A stretch of DNA of 64,000 nt, taken from positions 1,488,001 through 1,552,000 of the forward strand of contig NC_043023.1 of the NCBI RefSeq assembly GCF_006345805.1, given 5' to 3'. This stretch comes from Octopus sinensis (Eukaryota). The position numbers and the translations under genes are program-made. Below are positions 26,588 to 40,395 of the stretch, piece by piece. The first letter of the stretch is position 1. Each line of letters opens with the position of its first letter. A model generated the notes under the pieces. The model saw nothing but the letters and a program-made list of their open reading frames with translations, was not told where the DNA came from and did no database searches.

Positions 26588-29500
26588 CCAGCCTCGTCTG
26601 GCACCTGTGTCGGTGGCACATAAAAAACACCATCCGAGCGTGGCCGTTCGCCAGCCTCGTCTGGCACCTGTGTCCGTGGCACATAAAAAACACCATCCGA
26701 GCGTGGCCGTTCGCCAGCCTCGTCTGGCACCTGTGTCCGTGGCACATAAAAAAACACCATCCGAGCGTGGCCGTTCGCCAGCCCGTCTGGCACCTGTGTC
26801 CGTGGCACATGAAAAAAAACATCATCCGAGCCTGGCCGTTCGCCAGCCTTGTCTGGCACCTGTGTCGGTGGCACATAAAAAACACCATCCGAGCGTGGCC
26901 GTTTGCCAGCCTCGTCTGGCACCTGTGTCGGTGGCACATAAAAAACACCATCTGAGTGTGGCCGTTCGCCAGCCTCGTCTGGCACCTGTGTTGGTGGCAC
27001 ATAAAAAACACCATCCGAGCGTGGCCGTTCGCCAGACTCGTCTGGCACCTGTGTCCGTGGCACATGAAAAAAAACATCATCCGAGCGTGGCCGTTCGCCA
27101 GCCTTGTCTGGCACCTGTGTCGGTGGCACATAAAAAACACCATCCGAGCGTGGCCGTTCGCCAGCCTCGTCTGGCACCTGTGTCGGTGGCACATAAAAAA
27201 ACACCATCCGAGCGTGGCCGTTCGCCAGCCTCGTCTGGCACCTGTGTCCGTGGCACATAAAAAACACCATCCGAGCGTGGCCGTTCGCCAGCCTCGTCTG
27301 GCACCTGTGTCCGTGGCACATAAAAAACACCATCCGAGCGTGGCCGTTCGCCAGCCTCGTCTGGCACCTGTGTCCGTGGCACATAAAAAACACCATCCGA
27401 GCGTGGCCGTTCGCCAGCCTCGTCTGGCACCTGTGTCCGTGGCACATAAAAAAAACCATCCGAGCGTGGCCGTTCGCCAGCCTCGTCTGGCACCTGTGTC
27501 CGTGGCACATAAAAAACACCATCCGAGCGTGGCCGTTCGCCAGCCTCGTCTGGCACCTGTGTCCGTGGCACATAAAAAACACCATCCGAGCGTGGCCGTT
27601 CGCCAGCCTCGTCTGGCACCTGTGTTGGTGGCACATAAAAAACACCATCCGAGTGTGGCCGTTCGCCAGCCTCGTCTGGCACCTGTGTCTGTGGCACATG
27701 AAAAAAAACACCATCCGAGCGTGGCCGTTCGCCAGCCTCGTCTGGCACCTGTGTCCGTGGCACATGAAAAAAAACACCATCCGAGCGTGGCCGTTCGCCA
27801 GCCTCGTCTGGCACCTGTGTCCGTGGCACATGAAAAAAAACACCATCCGAGCGTGGCCGTTCACCAGCCTCGTCTGGCACCTGTGTCTGTGGCACATGAA
27901 AAAAAACACCATCCGAGCGTGGCCGTTCGCCAGCCTCGTCTGGCACCTGTGTCGGTGGAACATAAAAAACACCATCCGAGCGTGGCCGTTTGCCAGCCTC
28001 GTCTGGCACCTGTGTCGGTGGCACATAAAAAAACACCATCCGAGCGTGGCCGTTCGCCAGCCTCGTCTGGCACCTGTGTCCGTGGCACATAAAAAACACC
28101 ATCCGAGCGTGGCCGTTCGCCAGCCTCGTCTGGCACCTGTGTCCGTGGCACATAAAAAACACCATCCGAGCGTGGCCGTTCGCCAGCCTCGTCTGGCACC
28201 TGTGTCCGTGGCACATAAAAAACACCATCCGAGCGTGGCCGTTCGCCAGCCTCGTCTGGCACCTGTGTCCGTGTGGCACATAAAAAACACCATCCGAGCG
28301 TGGCCGTCGCCAGCCTCGTCTGGCACCTGTGTCCGTGGCACATAAAAAACACCATCCGAGCGTGGCCGTTCGCCAGCCTCGTCTGGCACCTGTGTTGGTG
28401 GCACATAAAAAACACCATCCGAGTGTGGCCGTTCGCCAGCCTCGTCTGGCACCTGTGTCTGTGCACATGAAAAAAAAACACCATCCGAGCGTGGCCGTTC
28501 GCCAGCCTCGTCTGGCACCTGTGTCCGTGGCACATGAAAAAAACACCATCCGAGCGTGGCCGTTCGCCAGCCTCGTCTGGCACCTGTGTCCGTGGCACAT
28601 GAAAAAAAACACATCCGAGCGTGGCCGTTCACCAGCCTCGTCTGGCACCTGTGTCTGTGGCACATGAAAAAAAACACATCCGAGCGTGGCCGTTCGCCAG
28701 CCTCGTCTGGCACCTGTTGTGGTGGTGGAACATAAAAAACACCATCCGAGCGTGGCCGTTTGCCAGCCTCGTCTGGCACCTGTGTCGGTGGCACATAAAA
28801 AAACACCATCCGAGCGTGGCCGTTCGCCAGCCTCGTCTGGCACCTGTGTCCGTGGCACATAAAAAACACATCCGAGCGTGGCCGTTCGCCAGCCTCGTCT
28901 GGCACCTGTGTCCGTGGCACATAAAAAAACCATCCGAGCGTGGCCGTTCGCCAGCCTCGTCTCTGGCACCTGTGTCCGTGGCACATAAAAAACACCATCC
29001 GAGCGTGGCCGTTCGCCAGCCTCGTCTGGCACCTGTGTCCGTGGCACATAAAAAAACACCATCCGAGCGTGGCCGTTCGCCAGCCTCGTCTGGCACCTGT
29101 GTTGGTGGCACATAAAAAACACCATCCGAGTGTGGCCGTTCGCCAGCCTCGTCTGGCACCTGTGTCTGTGGCACATGAAAAAAAAAACACATCCGAGCGT
29201 GGCCGTTCGCCAGCCTCGTCTGGCACCTGTCCGTGGCACATGAAAAAAAACACCATCCGAGCGTGGCCGTTCGCCAGCTCGTCTGGCACCTGTGTCCGTG
29301 GCACATGAAAAAAAACACCATCCGAGCGTGGCCGTTCACCAGCCTCGTCTGGCACCTGTGTCTGTGGCACATGAAAAAAAACACCATCCGAGCGTGGCCG
29401 TTCGCCAGCCTCGTCTGGCACCTGTGTCGGTGGAACATAAAAAACACCATCCGAGCGTGGCCGTTTGCCAGCCTCGTCTGGCACCTGTGTCGGTGGCACA

Positions 29501-30412
29501 TAAAAAAACACCATCCGAGCGTGGCCGTTCGCCAGCCTCGTCTGGCACCTGTGTCCGTGGCACATAAAAAACACCACGCCCCGAGCGTGGCCGTTCGCCA
29601 GCACCGTCTGGGTCGGCACCTGTGGCCGTGGCAACATAACAACACCATCCGAGCGTGGCCGTTCACCAGCCTCGTCTGGCACCTGTGTTTGGTGGGCACA
29701 AAAAACACCATCCGAGCGTGGCCGTTCGCCAGCCTCGTCTGGCACCTGTGTCTGTGGCACATGAAAAAAAACACCATCCGAGCGTGGCCGTTCGCCAGCC
29801 TCGTCTGGCACCTGTGTCCGTGGCACATAAAAAACACCATCCGAGCGTGGCCGTTCGCCAGCCTCGTCTGGCACCTGTGTCCGTGGCACATAAAAAACAC
29901 CATCCGAGCGTGGCCGTTCGCCAGCCTCGTCTGGCACCTGTGTTGGTGGCACATAAAAAACACCATCCGAGCGTGGCCGTTCGCCAGCCTCGTCTGGCAC
30001 CTGTGTCTGTGGCACATGAAAAAAAACACCATCCGAGCGTGGCCGTTCGCCAGCCTCGTCTGGCACCTGTGTCCGTGGCACATGAAAAAAAAACACCATC
30101 CGAGCGTGGCCGTTCGCCAGCCTCGTCTGGCACCTGTGTCCGTGGCACATGAAAAAAAACACCATCCGAGCGTGGCCGTTCGCCAGCCTCGTCTGGCACC
30201 TGTGTCCGTGGCACATGAAAAAAAACACCATCCGAGCGTGGCCATTCGCCAGCCTCGTCTGGCACCTGTGTCTGTGGCACATGAAAAAAAACACCATCCG
30301 AGCGTGGCCGTTCGCCAGCCTCGTCTGGCACCTGTGTCGGTGGCACATAAAAAACACCATCCGAGCGTGGCCGTTTGCCAGCCTCGTCTGGCACCTGTGT
30401 CGGTGGCACATA
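26588..30412 (+). repeat. ~63-bp minisatellite, ~60 copies, inside a family-C SINE
   Basis: Unit cagcctcgtctggcacctgtgtc(c/g)gtggcacat(g)aaaaaacaccatccgagcgtggccgttcgc. Continues directly into the family-C SINE 3' body (30413-30575). Confidence 0.95.
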
Positions 30413-31935
30413 AAATCACCCACTACACTCTCGGAGTGGTTGGCGTTAGGAAGGGCATCCAGCTGTAGAAACACTGCCAGATCTGACTGGAGCCTGGTGC
30501 AGCCTTCGGGCTTCCCAGACCCCAGTTGAACCGTCCAACCCATGCTAGCATGGAAAGCGGACGTTAAATGATGATTAAACTATGAAAATGACAAGTTGGA
30601 TCTTTGCCAGGTAAGGGGTTAAAAAGCATGCAAGAAAGGGCCAAAACAGAACTAGTTTCTTGCAGAAAAAGGGCTGCATAACTACTTGTATTTCAGATGA
30701 GGGGGACAAAATTGTGTGTGTGTGTGTGGTGGTGGTGGTGGGGGAGATGGGGACTGAGTGAAGGGTGAAAGAGCAGAGGTGGGGAATTGTGGTTGACCAA
30801 TGATACTTGAGGTAGAGGAAATAGGGAGTTGGTAGATATGACTGCTAGGTAACAGAAGCCGTATTTAGTGTGTCCAGAGCCCAATTTGAAGAAGGGGTGG
30901 GGAGAGAAAGGGAGGAATAGAAGATAGAGGAGGAAGGAAAGAATGGAGGAGGAGGGAAAGAATGGAGGAGGAAGAAAAGAATGGAGGAGGGAAAGAGAGG
31001 AGGAGGAGAAAGAGAAGGGGAGGAGCAGAAAGAGAAGGGGAGAAGAAAGAGAAGGGGGGGTAGAAAAGAACATGGTGATAGAAAGGAAGAGGAAGAAAGA
31101 GGAGACTGAAGGGGAGGAGGACGAGGAGGGAAGGGTGAGATGGAAGAGGACAAGGAAGAGTAAAGGTAGGAAAGGGGAGGAGAAAGAGAAAAGCAAAAGG
31201 GGGGAAGAAGAGCAGAAGAGGTGGAGGAAGAGGAGCTGAAAGGGGTGGAGATCAAAGGAGAAAGAAGTGAAAGAGAAAAAGTAAAGGGTTTGGAGAAAAA
31301 GTGTGAAGATTGAGAAAAAGAGGATAAGAAGGGGAAGGAAGAGGAGAGTGAAAGAGGAAGAAGGAAAAGAAGGAAGAAAACCTGCCAAAATTCAAACAAA
31401 AACTGTATGTATTCAGTTTCTTTTAGTTGGTGTGGTACATTTAGATGAAACAATACCACTTCAATGGTAGACTTAGCCTGTCATGTTGTTTAACACTAAC
31501 CAACCAACCGTCTGACAACATATCACTATCTTCAGCTGAGCTTTGCTCTGTGGCCTGCATTCAGAAAAAGACTCTGTCCTACCATGACCAAATGACACTC
31601 CCACCCTCCCTTTCCCTCATTCTTCTGATCCAGACATTGAAATGGCATGATAATGTCAAATAATGTTATCACTCGCAGACAGTTCCACTTGGGACTGCAA
31701 CCAAAACCTTTGCTTATGGTTGATGTCAAACAACCCTCTGGAGGGCATGTCTGAGGACCTTGCCCCATGATTCTCAAAGGGACAGGCAGAGAGAAAAATG
31801 GAAAGAGGGATGGATAAAAATATATATTTTGTGGGGTTCTTTTGTTGTATTTTTGAATTCTGATAGATAAATAATGTAAAGATCTGGCAGTTGCTATAGC
31901 ATCCAATGAAATGCTTGGCAGAATGTAATCCAGCT

Positions 31936-31984
<49 letters not shown>

Positions 31985-32125
31985 TCTCTCCTCTTACTCA
32001 TTCTCACTCACTTTCTCTGAAAATATATATACTTGTATACAAATACACACAGATGCATAATTATATACATATATACACACACAGTCACATATGAAACTCT
32101 AATTATCTCTTCCTTTCTTTCTCTT

Positions 32126-32175
<50 letters not shown>

Positions 32176-32178
32176 ATG

Positions 32179-32219
<41 letters not shown>

Positions 32220-32229
32220 TATATATATT

Positions 32230-32273
<44 letters not shown>

Positions 32274-32280
32274 GTATATG

Positions 32281-32329
<49 letters not shown>

Positions 32330-32616
32330 GATAGATAGATAGATAGATAGATAGGTATAGATATATATACATACATATATATGTGTGTGTTTCAGTGTAT
32401 GTATATGTAAATAAATATCTGTATATATATTTGCATTTACATACATTTATATGAATACATACAAACACAAACATACATACAGATATATGTATATACATAT
32501 ACATAATATATATACATACAAACAAAATATATTACCTCAGCATATGATGACATGCACACCCAAAGAGACACACAGCAACAAATACACATACACACACATG
32601 CACGCATGCATGCACG

Positions 32617-32666
<50 letters not shown>

Positions 32667-33333
32667 CGCACACACACACACCACATACGAAAGCCTCTGG
32701 CTGACAACCCAGCACATTTCAGAATTTCGAAGTAGGCAGAGAAACATTGCGAAATTAGTTACCTTTAACGAGGTACAGGTGTTTGAAATGGGCTGACTGC
32801 AGGCGAAACCGTGGTTTTTATGGCAATTGGCTTCCAAAGTGAAGAATACAAAAGCCACCTGCACACAATCTCACATTGGTGATGTCAGCAATAATTGCTT
32901 GTTATGAACACACACACACAAGCACACACACACACACACATACATATATCACGCACACACACAACACATATACATACAAATAAACATATATAAATATGTA
33001 TATACATATACAAATATATATATATATACATTTACAAATGTATATATGTATATACATATACAAATATATGTATATACATATACAAATATATATGTGTATA
33101 TACATATACAAATATATGTATATACATATACAAATATATATGTGTATATACATATACAAATATACATGTGTATATACATATACAAATATACATGTGTATA
33201 TACATATAAAAACATATATAGATACACAAATATATATATATATAATATAAGCATACATATATAGTAATATATAGAAATACTTTAAGGGCTAATGTATATG
33301 TATGTGTGTGTTTGCATGTACAAATATATATAC

Positions 33334-33366
<33 letters not shown>

Positions 33367-34649
33367 CACATACATCTTTGTAAAAACACATGCATATATA
33401 TTACATAATATATAAGATTGTGCGTAGTATAATATCTGTGTGTATGTATGTGTATGTGTGAGTTTGTATGTGTGCATATATACATACACATTTACATTCA
33501 TATATATATAGAGAGTGAGGAAAGAGAAAGAAAGAGAGAGAAAAAGAGAGAGACCTAAAAAGAGAGAGAAAGAAAGAGAGACAATCAGTGGTGTGTATGA
33601 GTAAATGCATGTGTGCATGTGTATGTGTGTGTGTGCATGTGTGCACACATGTTTGTGCTTGTGTGTATCTTGTAGTGAGGATATGACAATGGCACATAAA
33701 GTACAGCCAAAACCTGAGACCAGGGTTCAAATCCTCGGTGGGTAATTAAAATAGGACAATTACTACCTGGTTAAATTGGGTACAGCTGCACCCAGTTAAA
33801 TGCGTGACTGACAGGGATGTGAGGTGGGATTCTTGGTACAATAAGGGCTAAAAGAAACAATTCACTCTTGTCAACAGTAACAAATTTTCTCTATGACAAA
33901 TTACAGTGAATGGCTGTCTTATCGGTTGAAATATGCCCCAATCAGGTATGAAATGGTAACGAGTTTATATTTATACCAGTCACTAAATTTATACTCCTGA
34001 GTAGCACTACCAGTCACTAAATGATGATGAGATTATCATTACAGAGATCTGTCTCTCATGTCAGTTTACAGCTCCTCTCTTTATCGTCTCTGCTGCTGAG
34101 GAAGCAATAATCACTCAGAAATCCAAGCACCTCACAGGTTGATCAGGTGGAATTTTGCGTTCATTCGGTGTATTTGTTAAAAGTGAGAAATTTTCTCCAT
34201 GGTAAAGCACAGTAAATGTCTTTCATGTGGGTTAAAATATGTTCCAAGCTTATTTGAAATGGTAACAAGCTTCTATTCATACACAGCCCTGCTTAGTGCT
34301 GTCACTCAACATTTATTCTTGAGGATATCATAAAAGGGACTTGTCTCTCATGTCAGTTTGCAGCCCCTCTTTTTCTGGTGTCTGCTGCTGAAGAGGCAAT
34401 AACTATTGAGAAACGCATGCATCTCACAGACTGGTCAGGTGGAATTTCAGGTTGATTCAAAGTATTTACACCCGTTTTTACTCTTTTACATGCTTCAGCA
34501 GAATTTGAACTCAGAACATAAGGTTGGACAAAATACAGCTAAGAATTTTTCTCAGTGTGTTAATGATTCTGCCAGCTTGCTACCTTAGCATCATGTAAAA
34601 TATTAAATAGCTGTACACATATACATATTATTATCCACTCTCTGGTCAA

Positions 34650-35230
34650 GCTTCCTTGATCATTTTTAATCCATGCACACCATGTGTCTTGGTCCTGCAT
34701 TCGTTAAGGGAGGTCATTGGTGAGGCATCCAGTGTCTCTGGTGAATTGTTCCACACAGCTACCTTCAGAGAACCCACTTGAGTGTGGCCATACTTTGGCA
34801 TCAGTAGGAGCAGGTGGTTGCCAGCTCACCAGCAAAGTGCAAGCACCATTTCCTTATAATGGTAGAAACCTGCAGGAGATTTCCATACAGCTGTTTCTAG
34901 GTGGAATGAGTTCTCCAAGATATGTTCCAGACTGCTCTTAACATTCAGGTGTAAGTTCCATTTAGCTTGGATTCCAGTTTTTGGTAAGTATCTAAGCTGT
35001 TCCTCTGCATAAAAGGGCTGACTCTATTGTAGCATGGTAAAAAATTCCTCTTAAGGTTGTCTGACAGAGTTGATTTCCAGAAAATATCAAGTTTGTTTAG
35101 AGCTGACCATGCTTTGGCTGTCCAGGTTTTTACATCCTTTATGGTTGAGGCTACCTCAGAACAGTATTTGCAGTCAGTCTTGTTCATTCATTACCCAATA
35201 TTTAGGATGATAGATGTGGATAAGCTTGAA
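34650..35230 (-). mobile_element. RTE-type LINE 3' fragment
   Basis: STIKDVKTWTAKAWSALNKLDIFWKSTLSDNLKRNF...LESKLNGTYT, frameshifted. Confidence 0.75.
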
Positions 35231-35799
35231 AAGAAAAATTGAAGATATCAAAACCAAGGTTCAGCATGAAACAAATTGAAAATTAAAATCAATTGTTTCT
35301 CCTTGTAATAAAATTCATGATGACGAAGTGCTGTGCATGTGTGTGGGTTCTGACAAAACATTGGAAGAACAGAATCCTCTGCTAGTGCCCAGTAAAATGC
35401 GCCCATTCTGGTGCCACATAAAAAACACAAATGCTGGTGTCACATAAAAAGCACCCAGTATGCTCTGTAAGGGAGCTGGCATTAAGAAGGGCATCCAACC
35501 ATAAAAGATATGTCAAAACAGACTTCACTGGTGCTGGTGCCACATAAAAAACACCCTGGACACTCCATACAGTTGTCAGCCTTAGGAAGGACATCCAGTT
35601 ATAGAAATCATGCAAAGGCAGACCTCACTGGTGTTAATGCCACGTAAAAAGCACCCAGTACATTCTGTAAAGTGGTTGGCATTAGAAAGGACAGTCAGCT
35701 GTAGAAATCATGCCGAAGATGACTTTGCTGGTGCCATATATAAAAGGACCCAATATTCTCTGAAAAGTGGTTGGCATTAGGAAAGACATCCAGCTGTAG

Positions 35800-36200
35800 A
35801 AATCCAGCCAAAGCAGACTTTTGCTGGTGCTGGTGCCACATAAAAAGGACCCAATATACTCTGTAAAGTGGTTGGCATTAGGAAGGACATCCAGCTGTAG
35901 AAATCCGGCCAAAGCTGAATGTGCTGGTGCTGGTGCCACATAAAAAGGACCCAATATACTTTGTAAAGTGGTTGGTGTTAGGAAGGACATCCAGCTGTAG
36001 AAATCCGGCCAAAGCTGAATGTGCTGGTGCTGGTGCCACATAAAAAGGACCCAATATACTTTGTAAAGTGGTTGGTGTTAGGAAGGACATCCAGCTGTAG
36101 AAATCCGGCCAAAGCTGAATGTGCTGGTGCTGGTGCCACATAAAAAGGACCCAATATACTTTGTAAAGTGGTTGGTGTTAGGAAGGACATCCAGCTGTAG
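35800..36200 (+). repeat. 100-bp tandem repeat inside a family-C SINE (older units back to ~35400)
   Basis: ggaaggacatccagctgtag recurs at 35881, 35981, 36081 and 36181. Confidence 0.9.
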
Positions 36201-37185
36201 AAATAATGCCAAAGCAAGCCTCACTGGTACCAATGCCTTGTAAAAAAGCATCCAGAAAATTCCGTAAAATGGCTGGTGTTAGGGAGAGTATCCAGCTGTA
36301 GAAACCAATACAGGTAACTGGAGCCTGCTTCAGCCCTTCAAATTGCCAGCTCCTGTCCAATCGTCCAACCCATGCCAGCAGGGAAAACAAACACGACGAT
36401 GATGATGCCGAACACAACAGATTGCAACACCTAATCATTTAAGAGTTAAACACCTCTAGAATCACCGAAACACTCAAGTCGGCAAGGTGTGACTGTCTAC
36501 GAAAGACTTTAATTACAACATTCGCCTGAATTACAGGCGAACGCTTGCTGTAGCGTGTGGAAGAGGTGTCAGGTGGTATAAGCGAGGCGTAGGGGTGGGT
36601 CTGGTGCAGAATGGTATGAATGGTGGCGGAGGCTCGGAGGGGCATGGAACGGTGTGGTTGGAGTCGTTTGAATAAACAGAGACACAACATACTTATTGGA
36701 ATTTCATTTTGTGCTTTTTTGTTTGATACTTTTGCTTTCCTTTGGGGGAGGGTGTTTTTTGTAATTTTTTTTGGTTTGTTTGTATTTTTTGTTTGTTTAT
36801 AAACAAATATTTTTCCAGTGACAATTGTGTGTTATTATTTTTATTTTCTTCCAGCTCTGCTTCGTAATTATATGCAATTATGTCCGTGTTTTGTTTTTCT
36901 TTTTGTGTTGTTTTTGGCTAGAAACACAAACAAACAAACACAGATGCTCACGTATACATACATGTAAATACATATGTATATACACATATATACAAAGACA
37001 CACACACACATATATACATTTACATATATACATATATGTGTACATATATATATATATACATATATACATAGACATATATATATATACATACATACACATA
37101 TATATACACAGACACACAAACACACACATATATATATGTATGCATATATATACACATATATATATATTTATGTATACAGATATAA

Positions 37186-37216
<31 letters not shown>

Positions 37217-37265
37217 CATGTGTATGTATACATGTGTATATATGTATATATGCAAATATGTATAC

Positions 37266-37320
<55 letters not shown>

Positions 37321-39485
37321 TATGTGTGTGATTGTATAATCAATACAAATCATCATCATCACTGTCATCAACATATTCATGTTCACTTTTCAATGCTTGC
37401 ATGGGTCAAATGGAATTTGTTGAGGCAGACTTTCTACAGCTGGACGCTCTCTCCGTCACGCACCCTCACCTGTTTCCAAGCCAGGTAATATTCGCCCATA
37501 GCCAGACATGGTTTTCAGAGAAGACTGCAAATGAAGAACACAGCTTGAATGCTGACGATGCTCATAGATGATGCTGAACAACCACCATCGCCATAGTTAC
37601 CACACGCCTCTTGTATCACCACCACCCATAAACTATCTACCACACTACAACCACTACCACCACCACCAATACCTATTTCCTTATTGCCCACAAGGGGCTA
37701 AACATAGAGGGGACAAACAAGGACAGACAAAGGGATTAAGTCGATTACATCGACCTCAGTGCGTAACTGGTACTTAATTTATCGACCCAGAAAGGATGAA
37801 AGGCAAAGTCGACCTCAGCGGAATTTGAACTCAGAACGTAACAGCAGACGAATTACCACTAGGCATTTCGCCTGGCATGCTAAAGTTCCTGCCAGTTCAC
37901 CACTGCCACTACCACCAACATCACCACTGCTGCTACCATTGTCATCATCCGACCACTACCATCACTATGACCACCATCATCACTACCTCCATCACTATTA
38001 CCACCTCTACTACAACCACTACTGCCACAACCATTGCAACCACTCACCAGACCACCACCACAACTGTCACTACCACTAACACAATGGCCACCACCTCCAC
38101 CACAACCACCACCACCAACAACCAAACAACACTACAACTGCCACCACCACCACCACCACTGATAATAACAACCACTACTGCTACCACCACCAACACTACA
38201 ACCATCACTACTATAATCACTGCTATTTCTACCACCACCACCACCACAACTATCACCAACACTACCCACCAAACACCAGTAACATCACCACCAAGCACCA
38301 CAACCAAGGCAACCGTAAACACTGCACTTCCATCTGTTTCAAACACAATTCCTCACCCAGCATCACAAAGGACCCCTCCCCCATGACCACCACCACTCAC
38401 CATTCCATCCAAACCCCAACACATCTCTGACAAACCACAATCATGTTAAATCTTGCATTAATGAATGGAAACAGACACAAGAGATCTAAGGGTGGGAGGA
38501 GGCACGGGCTGAGGAGGGGGGAGGAATGAGGGACAGGAAGAGGAGACGAGGCGGGAGGAAGAGATGAGGGGGAGGAAGAGATGAAGAGGAGGGAGAGATG
38601 AAAGTGACGGGGAGATGAGAGTGATGGGTAAATAAGGAGGGATGAGGAAATGAGGGAGAGGAAGAGATGAGGAGGGAGAGGAAGGGGAGGGAGAGGACGG
38701 GGAGGGAGAGGAAGTGGATGGAGAGGAGGGGGAAGAAAAAGAAATGGGAGAAAGAAGAGATGAAAGGGAGAACAAATGAGGAAGAAATAAAGGGGAGGAG
38801 GAGATGATGGCGAAAAGGAGAGGATGAGGAGACAAGGGAGAGGAAGAGGAGATGAGGGAAAGGAGGAGGAGGAGATGTGGACAAGAAGAGGAGACAAGGG
38901 AGAGGAAGATGAGGGACAGGAAGAGATGAAGGAGAAGAAGAGGTGATGAGGGAGCAGAAGAGAGGAGGGGGAGGAAGAAGAGATGAGGGGGAGGAAGGAG
39001 AGAGGAGGGGGAGGAAGAAGAGAGGAGGGGGAGGAAGAAGAGAGGAGGGGGAGGAAGAAGAGAGGAGGGGGAGGAAGAAGAGAGGAGGGGGAGGAAGAAG
39101 AGATGATGGTGTTGAGGGAGAAAGACAGAATGACAATAATAAGAAAAATAACAATGCAAAAATGTTTGTGATGTGACCACCACATATGATGTAAGCTTAG
39201 AGAGGCGTGTGTGGAGTGGAAGTGGAGGGGGTAGGGAAATATATATGTCTCTTTTATCATTTACTTGCTTCAGGCATAAGACTACGGCCATGCTGGAGCA
39301 CTGCCTTGAGAAACTTTTAGTTGAATGAATCGACCCCATTACTTATCTTTTTGTAAAACCTGGTGATCATTCTATTGGTCTCTTTTGCCAAACCACTAAG
39401 TTATGGGGATGTGAACACACCAACACTGGTTGTCAAGCAATGGTGAAGGGACAAACACAGACACAAAAACACATACATAGACACA

Positions 39486-39516
<31 letters not shown>

Positions 39517-39914
39517 GTATATATACACACACACATACTAACATATATACATATATACGACAGGCTTCTTTCAGTTTCCGTCTACCAAATTCACTCACAA
39601 GGTTTTGGTTGGCCCAAGGCTATAGAAGACACTTCCTCAAGGTGCCACGCAATGGGACTGAATCTGGAAATATGACAACTTTAACGTGAAATAACTTCCT
39701 AAATATAAACTTTTCTCAAAAATGCTAAGAGTAAAAGATGTTTTATATGACACATTCTACCAGTGTCCGAAGTTTCAAAGTGTTTAGTTACAAAAAATTA
39801 TTTTTTAAATCTGTCGGTCAAAAGGTAAAGATCCCATAATCGTCATAAGAGGAATCAGTGGCTTCATTCTGGCTTGGGTTCAGAACCTGTTGTCAAACAA
39901 GGGTTGCTTGAACA

Positions 39915-40395
39915 GAAAGTCATGCTTTGTATTTGGTGGAATTTCAAAGAGACGTTGCACTTTGAGCTCGTCTCAGATGGTCAGGATGTGAATGCTAACC
40001 TTTATGCTGAACAACTGTAGTGAGCATATGATGCTTTGAAAGCCTGCTACCTGGCATTGGCTAATCAAAGACATCCACTCCTGCAGCATGGCGATGCTCC
40101 AGCACCCACTGCCAATGTGGCCAAGCAAAAACTTGAACGGCTACAAGTGCTGCTTCGCCCTACCTATAGTCCTGACCTTGCGCCACCAAATTACCACCTT
40201 TTCCAAGTAGGGAAGTTTTTACTTCTAAACCAGCCAAATGGTATAAGCATGGAATTGAGTTTCTGGCACAACGATGCCAACAGATGTTAGAATATGATGG
40301 TGTATATTCCAATGAATAAACATTTTTTGTATATAATTAGTTAGAAATATTAATTTGAGTTTGAAATATGAAAATATTTTTGACTCAACCTGGTA
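39915..40395 (+). mobile_element. Mariner (DD34D) transposase pseudogene, catalytic domain
   Basis: KVMLCIWWNF...NANLYAEQL**...LLQHGDAPAP...TYSPDLAPPNYHLF with in-frame stops and a TIR-like 3' end. Confidence 0.85.

Noticed and set aside
26588-30412. CRISPR-like array
   Set aside because: There are no unique spacers or cas genes; the units are contiguous near-identical copies derived from a SINE.
26560-30543. 1327-aa ORF and the overlapping long ORFs on both strands
   Set aside because: They are read-through of a stop-poor 63-bp tandem repeat. The frame wanders with poly-A length, and no protein domain is present.
34880-34905. GAAACAGCTGTA-type motif on the minus strand
   Set aside because: It lies within RTE coding remnant (KQLYGNL) with no CUGANGA half or stem I.
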